DNA from: Rhina ancylostomus
Lineage: Eukaryota
Direction of reading: 5' to 3'
DNA length: 64,000 bases
Assembly (NCBI GenBank): GCA_030265395.1
Contig: JARFYF010000051.1
Span: forward strand, 29,766,835 to 29,830,834
A model generated the notes under the pieces. It did no database searches and had not been told where the DNA came from. It saw nothing but the letters and a program-made list of their open reading frames with translations. This document shows positions 12,301 to 24,300 of the stretch, in pieces. Both the position numbers and the translations under genes were made by a program. Numbering within the stretch: the stretch's first letter is position 1; each line of letters opens with the position of its first letter.

Positions 12301-15300
12301 TGAGTTTAGGGACAACATGGAAGAAGGCGGCCTGTGAATTAAAAGGCAGCAATGATGTTGACAAATGAACTTAAAATCGGTGGATTTCTAGTCTGCGCAT
12401 CAGGAGACCCTGTCANNNNNNNNNNNNNNNNNNNNNNNNTCTCTCCTCATGTTTTTCTGGGAGAGGTTCAGGAATCTAAGACAAGTCCCAGGTGGAGCAG
12501 GTGGGAAGTAAAGGGAAGGCTGGGGTGGGGGAAAGCACAGGGGACTGAGAGAGGGAAAGGATTAAATTAAGGGGAAGAGAGCTGAAAAGTAGCGGTCCCT
12601 GGCTGGTCCTGTCTCTGTGGGATTGCTCCCCAGGTCCCATGAAAGATCCATCCCACACTTACCCTGCTGCTGAGCAAACATTACACAGCAACAGTACATG
12701 GGCTGGAGAGCAAGAAATGTGGGAAGGACTTGATTGGTAGGGGTATGGAAAGTCGGAAGTCGAGTTCATTGTCATATGCACAAGTACATGTATGCACAGG
12801 TGCAATGAAAACCTTACTTGCAGCAGCATCACAGGCATGTATGGAGAGGGAAGCAGTAAGTTAAGGATGATAGGGAGGAGAGAAAAGAAATGAAGAAGAA
12901 GTCAAGTGGAAAGGTTTAAGAGAGGAAAGGGGATGTAAGGTTGGAGGGAGGGAGTGTGAGGGAGGGAAGGAGCTAGTTTGAAAGCATGGAGAGAAGTGAA
13001 GGACAAGAGATTCAGAGACACAGTCAAAGTGAAGATGGATGTAGGTGGTAACGAGGAGGAGGCATTGGGCAAGGACATCTGTACCTGAGCCCACCAGTGT
13101 GTATGCTGAGTACGTATGTACTGACAGGCATCTGCACCTTGTCCATGCGTGTGTTTGTATGTGTTAATATCCCTGTAGCATGCCTGATCTGCTCTCAGAT
13201 TGAACCCCACTACCAATGGGTCAACACATCATTCTGTCAAGTCCAAGAGGTAGCCGGTGTGCAATGGCTATCCTAAGTTAGTCACAGATTGACAACTTCC
13301 ATCCTTCAAATATTAGGTTCAGGATCCAGAACATCAGGTTACACCCAGAACAACAACAATCATGGTTATTCCTAACTGTGATGGAACTGGAATTCATTCT
13401 GCTATCATTGCCTAAGTACAAAGAAACGTAATATTGACATCACTGCCCTGTGTGAAATTTAACAGCCATGGGCAACCTGAAGAATGAGGGGGTGGGTACA
13501 CCTCTGTATGGAGTAGCAAACTGGAAAATGAATACTGTTAATGGGGTGAACTTTACTATGAAGAATGAGCTTGTGTGGTGTCTGAGGGACTTCTCCTCTG
13601 TGATTAGCAAATATCTCATGCCCTCAGGAAAACTATGGACTTCAAATGTCCCAACCCCACAAGCGACAGAAGAGTCCAAGGAGAACTTTTACTATGGCCT
13701 TGAAAAAAATCTGGTCTGCATCCCAGTGTCAACGGGCAGCCTCAGTGCCAGGGTTATGAAGGACACAATCCTTTGGTAACTTGACTGGTAACTCTGACTG
13801 ACTTCTCTTCCTGACAAAATGTTTGGAGTGCTATCTTGCCACAGCCATGCTTTGACAAGGAGAGAAGCACAAAAGCTCATGACAATATCCCTGATCCAGG
13901 TACTAGCACTAGTTAGATTATTTAATCATGTGCGTGAGAGACCAAAACGTCTGCATTACCAGCACCGAGCTGCGATTCAGTTCACAATTTTCAGAGATAA
14001 TTTGAAAAAGTTCTGAGGATTAATGCCTTCAAAAAGCCAGTGCAAGCAGAATGAGCCAGACAGACATCTTTATGTTGTAGAATTCAAAGTTATGTCACTC
14101 AATTATAGCAGTGCAATTTTACGAAATTACAACATAGCACCAGAGTTCAAAATATACCATGACCCCAGAACAATAAATCCAGAAAATGAATTAAATATAT
14201 AGATGTTTAGTGAGTTTCAACTACCTTAATAAGAATGCCCCATTCCCTTGTGAAATTCTGCCTCTGATACTAACAGGACATTGTTACTGCATGGAATAAT
14301 TTTACTTAAAATAAGTGTTTCAGTAAAGTATGAAAGATTTTTTATGCACTCACATTTCTTAATCTTCCCGAGTAGTCTATGCATCCTATAGAAAAGAAAG
14401 ATGTGGTATTATTAAATTTGTGCTATCTTTCCTCATGGTGAAAAGTCTTTATGTAAATTATAATTTATTATTATTTTTAGTTTTTTTGTGGAAAGATAAC
14501 TCACTAGTACAAGAAGGAACACATTGGGTCTCATCTTCGGATAGCATCATTCCTTCTGGACAGAAGCAACCTTCAGTTGGCTCACTAAACATCTCTCCAG
14601 TTTTCATCACACTGAAAATATATATGGATATCTGTTGCATTATTCAATATTCTAGCAAGGAAGGACATGGGTAATCCTTTAAAACAAACATTTATCAATA
14701 TTTCAAATTTTTCAGACAATTAGTATGAAATGAATATGGATAACAGGAAATATATTACAAAATACTTACTTGTCTTTACAGTAATTGTGATTAGAGNNNN
14801 NNNNNNCAGGCTCTATAAACGAAACCACGTGGACAGGTGTAGTCTTAAATGAAAGGAATGATGTTAGCCACAAAGACATTCAAATTATCTACATATCTTT
14901 AGAGACAGCCTGGATGGTTTGATAACCATCCTGTCTGAAATTACTATTTGCACAGAATATCAATTGCAATTGAAAGAACATTGTGAGAAAAAAATTGGCT
15001 TTGATTGCCAGTCCTTAATGCATGGACAAGTATTGGGCTTTGTCCTCTTCTCTGCACATCCAATACCATTGAAATGAGCAGGCTGAGGAAAGGACAACTG
15101 GTGACCAATGTCTGGATTCACATTTATCACTTGTGATCAAAGCTATATTTTCCCCTAATCACTGGATTCAAAGCTGAATTCAGCTTTTATCATGATTGAG
15201 TAATAAAGAAAAGCTGCTATTAAAATTCATTGTCTGATTTTCAGCTTATAATTGGTGTTTGTCACAGATGTCATGTAAAAGTGTTACTTCCTGAAAGTGA

Positions 15301-18300
15301 GGGTATATACTCCCTCATTAAAAACAACATTTTTCTTTCAAGGAGTTAATGTAACTATTCACAATTAACATCATATTTTTACCCTTAATTGCATAACTTT
15401 ATAAGGGCTACTTTTCTTCCTTATTACAGGAAAATGATTTCATACTTGTAGAGCAGAGGGGAGGTGAAAGTTGCAAATAAAGGCAATTAGTAATGAGGTA
15501 GGAAATGTGAAAGTTCACTCTTTCTGCATTTTCTGATGACTGAAGGATCTGCCAACCCCCTTCTGAAATCTCTTGACAGTTTTTTTTGTTGGTAAGGCCA
15601 GCAAGGGAATGCTGTGAGCTTGAGGCTGTCCACTGTCTGTTTTCGGACAAGGCCTTAAGATCTTACAAGGCCCCACAGGTGATGTGGACCAAGTTCATGG
15701 GTTAAGCACTGAGCTGCTCTCATAAGTTTACCAAATTCAGAACCCATTGGACAAAGCACACTTTTGATAGCTGATTTGGGCATGAGCTCAGAAGAGAATG
15801 AGCAAAAGGAAAATCAGATCATTGTCTACTAATTAAAACAAATTCTCGCACTTGGAACTAATAGTGAGTTACTTAGTATCATGCTTACTTTCTGGCTACT
15901 AAAATAATTTTGATAATTTTTAAAGAAAGAAATTATTTAAACCCACCAGTTCTGGGTTTTGTGTATTTAGTCTAAAATTATATTTGCATTTATAATTTAA
16001 TCCTCTAGCATAACTCTGCAGCTTCACAGTACTTACTGCATAATCCATTTGTAGATTGCCTCCAGTCAACACATGATCCAAGTGCATTACATCTCAGGGC
16101 AGCTGCTTCCAGGCTGGAGCAATCTTTTTTTGTTGTATTCTTTACACAGTTGTCATACTGACATGCCTCGACATAGGGAGAAAGAACATCGAGGCTTCTG
16201 CAAGTTTTGAATGAACTGCAAAGTGCAGACATAAAACAAGTTGTACAAGAGTTACACAAAACCAAAATTATTTTCTTTCCAATAAATCTTCAAAATTCTG
16301 CAGTGATGAAAAATTTATGCTGTGAGGGACTGGTATAAAAGAGATTGTTTCTCTGCTGTTTTTTCAATCATTGGTCTACAAAAGGATTGATGTTTGTTTT
16401 AAAATAAATAAGAATTCTGAACAATTGTCAGATGATATAAAATCACAAGCATTGTTTCATGGGTTTTTGGTATAGCTTATTTGGTGACATTCTTGCCTCA
16501 AAGTCAAAAGGAGGGTGCTCAAGTCTAACCCTTGAACACAAAAAGTTTGGTTTGAACTGTAGTTCATTACTGAAGAATACTGGGCTATTGTAGATGGGAC
16601 TTTTTGAATGAGCTAATAAAGCTATGCCTCATTTGATATGTCAAGTAGAAAAAGGAATGGCATAACACTACTTTCAAGGAAAGCAGTGAAATTATCTATC
16701 TCCATCTTTTCCTTCAGACAGAATCACAAAGGAAGAGGTTTTCAGGAGATTATCATTGTTTATGGGAATTTGGTGTACATTGGCAGATAGAGCTTTTAAA
16801 CTGACTTCCAATTTCTCATCGACCCTGCTCCTGACATACATCTCAAGGGACTTCTGAATTTTAATAACTGTAGACTCTATTTGAAGATCTCTAAACATAT
16901 TGGTCAAGAAATCACTTAGTCAGTATCTGTCAATAGTATTGTGGGATCATCATCTGACCTTTCAATGACTGCCATTAAAACCGACTGAGATAATATTAGT
17001 TCAAGATTTTGATTAAACTTTTTCTTTCAAGTGACTGGTGCTAGATTTTGGATTAAAGCTGACATACCACAACAGGACAGAAGTGCTTCATTTTGTTGTG
17101 GTTTGCAACAGCAAAATTTAGGTAAATGATTCATAGATGAACTTTGTACTGATATATATCAAGGATAATATTAAAATCTTTGTTCTCTTCCACTTTTTAG
17201 GAATGCTGAGCAACTGCAGATGCTTTTCGTATGGTAAACCATGCTAATGGAAAATTGGGTGAGCACCACATTTTGACCACACCTGAGCAGGACAATGGAG
17301 ATTGATAAATGATTTATGCAGCCAATCAGAAACAAGGGCAGGTGAAAGAAATGAAAAGTTATCCATCACAATTGAATTCAATAAAGAGCTGGATTCAATT
17401 AAAATAATATTGTGATATATTTTAAAATGTGAAAGAATTTCTTTTTAAATTATGTGAAATAAAGCTATTTTGTTTTCAAGAACTGACAAAATGTTACATA
17501 CGCTCCCAATATGGCATCACACACGGCTGCCCCATATTCACATGATGGAGGACTAGGCGTTGGTGTACAAGGCAGATATGTTGGTATATCTGTGCAGTGT
17601 TGTTTACTTGGATCATCAACTTTCCATTCATATGCCGTTTTGGAACAACAGTCAATGGACTCTAATTTTCCATTCCTTCTCATACATTCATCATATTTGG
17701 TTTTAGAAAGAGAACCTATGAAATGGAAGTAGTTTGTGTTAATAAACAAATTCAATGACTTAATAAAAAAATGAAGGGATGAACTTGTTGGCAAATTTTG
17801 GCAAATCCTCAGTGAACTGGTGGCATTTACTTTTCTAAATGTGAGAAAGTTTGGAACTTGCATGTATATCCAAAGGCAGAAATCCCAAACTTCCTGACAA
17901 TTCTTGACAGGAAATATATCAGTATGCACTAACTTACTACATTTAGGCTAGGGAATTAGTCAGTAATTATGCCAAGGAATTTGCTCTTGAATCCTGTAGC
18001 AGATGAATTAATTTTACCCATTGATTTCAATGGATGCTTTACAGTTGTGAAGAAGGAAAGAAAGAGTTAGCTACCATTCTTAAATAAGCTATGTAAAGAT
18101 TTTAATTATTTAACTATATTTTTAAATTCTTCATTTTTTAAAATCAATAATCTAAATTTGTTTTTCATTTTAGGAGCATTTTTAAATGCCTTCACTTACT
18201 GCTTAGACAGACAGCCAAGATGGAGGCATAGGATTGTCATCTGTCAAAAGTTTCTTCACCAGTTTCATGGATGGCCCTTGTTCTGACCCAACCATGAGAC

Positions 18301-21300
18301 ACAATGACATTAATCAAGGCCCTGGCTTTCCATGGGCCTCACTAATCAGGTCCACAATGTCCTTACACTTTTAAGATATCTTGGAGTATCTTCGAGGCAT
18401 AAGGGTGTTGGACCTCACTTAGCAAAATATTGGCCCATATTTTAAATCACTATCGTCTTTCACAAAGTTCATACAAGATAATGCACTAAATAAGGTCCAT
18501 AAATCTATAAGGAAGGAAAATTCACAAAAACAACATGTGTCATGTTTGTGTTGTCTTACGTGTGTCATAAATATAACAGCAAAAAGAAGTTCAACAAATC
18601 TATTGGCTCATAGAGTTTTATGACACAAAAGGGGGCTGTGGGCTATTGCATAACTTGTTTACTAGAACAATCCAAGAATGACTAGTATTACCTGTACTCT
18701 TGCCAAACATAACCAATTAAAAGGGTACTCTAATTGATTTAATTTACATCGTTATTAAAACATCCAAGCTCATACCGCATTGTCCTCGTACGTTATGTAG
18801 GAAAAACTGTTCTGGTACTTTAATCCTGAAATGGTGTTTATTTCCTGTAATGATGGTTCGAATATATGGAATATGAACGTGTATATTGAAACCACATCTT
18901 GAAATGTTAAATCCTTCTGCATTATATGGTAAGCTCACAGCTTCTCCATTGAATTTCACCTGCTGAAAAGAGATAGAAACACTTTGAAAAATAATTTAAA
19001 AGCTCTATGTAAGAAAATTATTACCAAATTGTGTCTAAGAAATAATAATTAGAACTTTATGGGCAATGATCTATGGAATTTTTGAAGTAAATTTGATGGC
19101 CCCGATCGTAAATGGGGCCTGTTTTTGTTGAATGGATTTTTGTAGACAGCTTAAAACTCACTTGCAGCAGCAAAAGTAAAGGCCCTATAAATTTAACCAC
19201 TGGTCCCGATTTTAAAGTTGCAAGCAGACATTTCACTCAGTAGGGACCCAGCACAGGTGTACTGAAAAAAGGAATGGGTGGTTGTTAGCCATTTGAGTGT
19301 CAGCTTGACTCAGACTTCGGATTATGTTCGGCCAAACAAAGAAGTGTATATCCAGTTGAAGGTCAGGTGCAAGCAGATCTGACCTTCCACTCCATTACTG
19401 GACGCCCTAATAAGCCCAGCAGAATTGTATTGGCATGCTGATGAGAGGGTCAGGATGAACTTTGCATCCAATTACTCACTCTTATGTCAGGGCTGGCTGG
19501 GGTAGAATTAATAGCCCCATTCATTTAAATAGTGACTCATACCTCTGGAAAAAAGTAAATCCAGACAAGTGTTTGAGTTATTTTACATCTTTTAAATGTA
19601 TTTAATTATTTATTAATATTTTAAGGTTTTAATGAAATTTTCTTCTCCACTTTTTACTTTTTTATAAATACTTTTTTATTTTTGAGATGCTTGAGATCCT
19701 GTCATTGTTTGGAACTGGCTCTGCCTCACAGAATACCAGATATATGCAGAGTGTCATTTTGTTTGGTTCTCTTCACTTGCAAATAGTTGAACCGTGGCAT
19801 TATTGGAACAAACCAATTGTATGGATTCATTCGGAACATTGAAATTGTCTGTTAGTTCTTCCAGTCTTACAACTGCCCCCTCTTACAAAACCCAACACAT
19901 ATTAAAGGTAGATGAATTAATGCTATGAAAGTCAGTTCATCAAATGTTGCTGAAGGGATGTAAGAATATGCCAAGAAACTAGAGGCTAATCAGTTTAACC
20001 TCAGTAAGCAGTGAAAATATCAGAGGCACTTGAAGACTCTTGAGTTGATTAAGGAAAGGGAGCACTGATGAGGTAAAAGCAAATTGCGTTTGACTATCTG
20101 ATTAAAATTTTTTTTGATGATGCAGTGGAGAAATTTGATGAAAGGGATGTGGTAGATGTAGTCTTCAGAGATTTTCAGAAGGCATTTGATGAAGTCCCAC
20201 ATAAAAGGCTGCTCAGCCAAATAAAGAAATGTGAAATTAAAGGGTCACAAGCAGGATAGGTCCATTGGCTTAAAGCCAAATAACATAGTAATAGTGGTGG
20301 TAAATGGTTGTTTTTGGATTAAATGGTCTTAAATTGATTTCTTTAATATTTATTCATGACTTAGAAATGGTTGCACAGGCTAAAATTTCCAAATTTGTGG
20401 ATGACACAATGTTTGGCGATATGATAAACAATGAGGAGGATAACAATAGATTGCAGAGAGACATTGATAGGCTGGCGAAATAGGCAGACAATTGGCGGAT
20501 GAAATTCCTTCAGTAGGAATATGATATGATGCAGTGGGGCGGAAAGAATAAGGAGAGATTAATTCAGCCCAAATTGCACAGTTCTGTGGTGTGTGCAGGA
20601 ATGGAGAGTCCTAAGTGTGCATGTGCATAAAATCTTGAAATAGGTAGGTATGTTGAAAGACTAGTTAATAAAGTATTTAGGGTCCTGGGATTCATAAATA
20701 CTTGATGGAGTACAAAAACAGGGAAGTTATATTGAACCTGTGCAGGGCACAGATGAGGCCTCAGCTTGGGATTGGAGTCAATTCTGATCATGCCACCTCA
20801 GGACGAACATGCGCTAAAATATATTTAGAATGTTTCCAGGAATGAAGGATATCAACTTTAATGTTACATTAGGGAACTTGGGATTGTTTTCCTTGGAGCC
20901 AAGAGATTGAGAGGATACCAATAACTATCCCATTAAGTGCAGCCAAGCAATTCCAAGACCATCAATAAATAAATCGTGCAGGCATTGTGGTCTGACGAAT
21001 GAAACCTTGGGACATGTGTCAGGCCGCTGTCCTGCAGCAAAATTGCTCTGCGTCAAGAGCCATAATTAGATTGGTGAACTCTTAATTAATAAGGTAGTTC
21101 AGTTTCACTGATGTAAAAGATCATGACTGGTTTAAATAACATAAATACAGAGAAGTTGTAATCAGAAGACAGTTCAAGAGTCCAGGAAAAGAGATTTAAA
21201 ATTTTGGCAATGGAGAATTTGAGGAGAAGCAATTTTACTCAGAAGGTAGTGACTATCTGGGTTTCACTAGCAGTGAAAGTAGCAAAAACTGAATCAGCTC

Positions 21301-24300
21301 ATGACTTTGATAGGCACTTAAGAAAGATTAATTGTATTTGGGTAATTGCAAATGGGGGTGGTGGAGGAGGGATGATCTAGTTGAAGGAGTGTGGAAGACA
21401 GGAATAGACCCAGAGGATGATTAGCAAAACCCTGGATGGCTGAAAAGATAGAAATATGGAGAGAATATGGAAACTGGAGGTAGAGAATGCAGACAGAAGT
21501 TCAGGGAAGGTATTTGGTGATCAATTGTCAAAGAGATTAAGGGTACTGGGAAAGATTACAGGGAAGAGATTGAAAGATGAAATGGGATGAAGCAGATAAA
21601 ATTTTAGCATTAGAGAATTGTGTACCATACAGCTTATGAAAACTTTGTGCTAGGCGTTTGTGATAAAACTTCTAGGCTGTCATTATTCTCAGAAATATTA
21701 AAATAGGTGAGGAGAAATCATGAATCGTAGAAGTATAACAATCGTTGGCATAATCTATTATGTTTTTGTTCAACACAATAAGAACTATTGTTCTAAGAAA
21801 ATGGTCAACAAAGAATATTCTTGCTGTTCTAATATGCATATAAAATATTAGTACTTACTTTAACATTTTTTGCAGTTGTTACATGTATGATGTTTCCATT
21901 GTAATTAATAATTAATGTTTTCCCACAGGAATTAGGCATTGATGAAGTGCAGTAATGATGATCAAGGATCACAGAAAAATTGTATTTTGGGACCACTTCT
22001 TCCACAAGAACATATGAACAATTTTCAAAGAAGTTGTAGAATATCCCATCAAAGGTACGATAATGTCGCTTTCCCCATATATGACAAACATCTAAAATTG
22101 AAAACAAATATTGATTTTTAAGTAATGCAAATGTGTTTTCCATTTGAAATGTAATGAGAAAACAAGATGAATTTAAATAGTTAAAGAGGTACCTACATTC
22201 ACAATCCCATTCTGAACAGCAGCCATCTTCAGTTTTGATTCTGGTAGGTTTTAACCCACTGTAACATTGTGGCTTCACAGGTAGTTGACAGGCAACATGT
22301 TCAATTTTGTATGTTTCTGCTTTAACACAAGTAAGGGTTGCACAGTTCTCCTTCCATGTTTCATTACACTAGAAAGGGATATAACATGAAAGAATGCATC
22401 AGTAAATTTTCAAATTAGCTTGACTGTTTTGAAACAGTCTTCATGTTGTTGTGAATGAAGAAAAATATGTTTTTGTTCGATTTAGCTAAATTGCTCTAAC
22501 AATCCAATTCAAAGAAGTGAAAGCATTTCATCAGTTATATTTCTATGAGGCCCCTTATAATGTCATTCTTGGGAAGCCAGCATTGTATTTGTTATGTTGA
22601 TATTTGGATATTAGTGAATGTAATAATCAGTGAGCAGACCTTAGGACCCATAAATATAACCTAATATGATCCTATTGTTATCAGTGTCCTCCAGTAGATG
22701 AGTGGTGCATAAAGACAGAGGGACGCTTGTTTTAGTTGTTGAATTCAACGAATGCAGTACATTGAATGGCACCATTATGCTAATTATGATAATTTTATGA
22801 TCAAAACTGACTAGATGGTTTCAAGAACAAATGTGGCTTGCCTATGGTGAATGTTTGGAGTTTCTTCAGAACTATGGAGAAGAATCATTAACTAAAACTG
22901 AGTTGAGTTTTATTAATTTAGTATTTGGGTTTGCATCAGCTGTGTTCAGGCATGATCAAATCAAGATAATCACAGATGATAATTTCAATGTCCTTTTATT
23001 TCAACAGACACATTGATTGCTTACGTAGAAATGGTAGACCATTCTTTTCTGCAAATTACATTTCAGAAAGAAGATTGCTTGCATCTGCAGGTGCTAAACA
23101 CATTTACGTTGATAAAATCTTTGCTTGCTGCTGCCAAACAAAAACCCATCATCTTTGAAGAGTTGCTTTGATGTATGTATGGAGATTTTGGCAACAATGA
23201 ATCGAAATAAATGTTGGTAAATGAAATCAGAAATAACAGAGTAAATCTGAAGCTAAAGGTTTGAATAACAGGGAAGAAATGTGGTCAGAGCCTTGGTTCA
23301 GTATTAAGTAGGATGCTGATGGTACGAACAGTCTCATTTAGCTTGAGAGAGTGGGGAGGAATGGATCAGAAATAGGCCACATATTATAATGTTTTTACTT
23401 TATATTATGAAAAATCATTTCAATCACTTTGAAAATGTTTGCGGTGTAAGCTTACTAAAACATCAAACATATATCATTGGGTGAAGTATTTTTACCTTTC
23501 TTGGTGGATATGAATCACAGAAGCATTCTTCTGGTGGTGCAGTGGTGGAGACAGTTGTAGTCTCGGTTGTCACTTTAGTTGGCTCACAACAAACTCTAAT
23601 CCTGTAGTCATTACAAATCTGCCCCAATGCATTTTTAGAGACTGTACAAATCAGCCCTATATCTTTATCACACGTCACTACATCTGATGATAAACTTAGT
23701 GGCCAATAAGTTTCATTGGAAAATTGACACTGAATGTTACTAATTTCATCAGAAAGGGAGGGACATAGTCTCATACGTATTGGTGCCAACAACTCGGTAT
23801 CATTTGGGTTCAGCAAAGATGGTGTATTCTCATTAAACCAGGAAGACCATACACCAGAACAGTGGGGTTCTGTAATAGAAAAAGAGGACACAGGATTAGA
23901 ATCATATTAATCAATTAGAAGAAGGGAATGATAAACNNNNNNNNNNNNNNNNNNNNNNNNNNNNNNNNNNNNNNNNNNNNNNNNNNNNNNNNNNNNNNNN
24001 NNNNNNNNNNNNNNNNNNNNNNNNNNNNNNNNNNNNAGAAGGGAATGATAAACACATGTGGAAAGCTGCATTTATGAATTTTAGTTGTGCTCTAAAAGAA
24101 GTCTTCCAGAATATTAGACAAATGAAGACCAAATGGGATATCAACAATCCAGTTGTTTTCAGTCGAATGGATGATTGTAGCATTTGTTACAAATAAGACC
24201 AATGCAAGAAGAAAATTGTCAGTGCTAATTTATAACAGTTGACTAAGAGAGAGGGAGATAAGTGCGATAAAAAGATATTTGACAATGAAAAGTTAATTTC

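Noticed and set aside
14797-14806. Apparent frameshift suggesting a pseudogene
   Set aside because: It falls in a 10-N placeholder; all other exons are open and phase-consistent.
23920-24055. Direct repeat agaagggaatgataaac on both sides of a 100-N gap (similar at 44184/44294)
   Set aside because: Most likely a contig-overlap artefact, not a target-site duplication.
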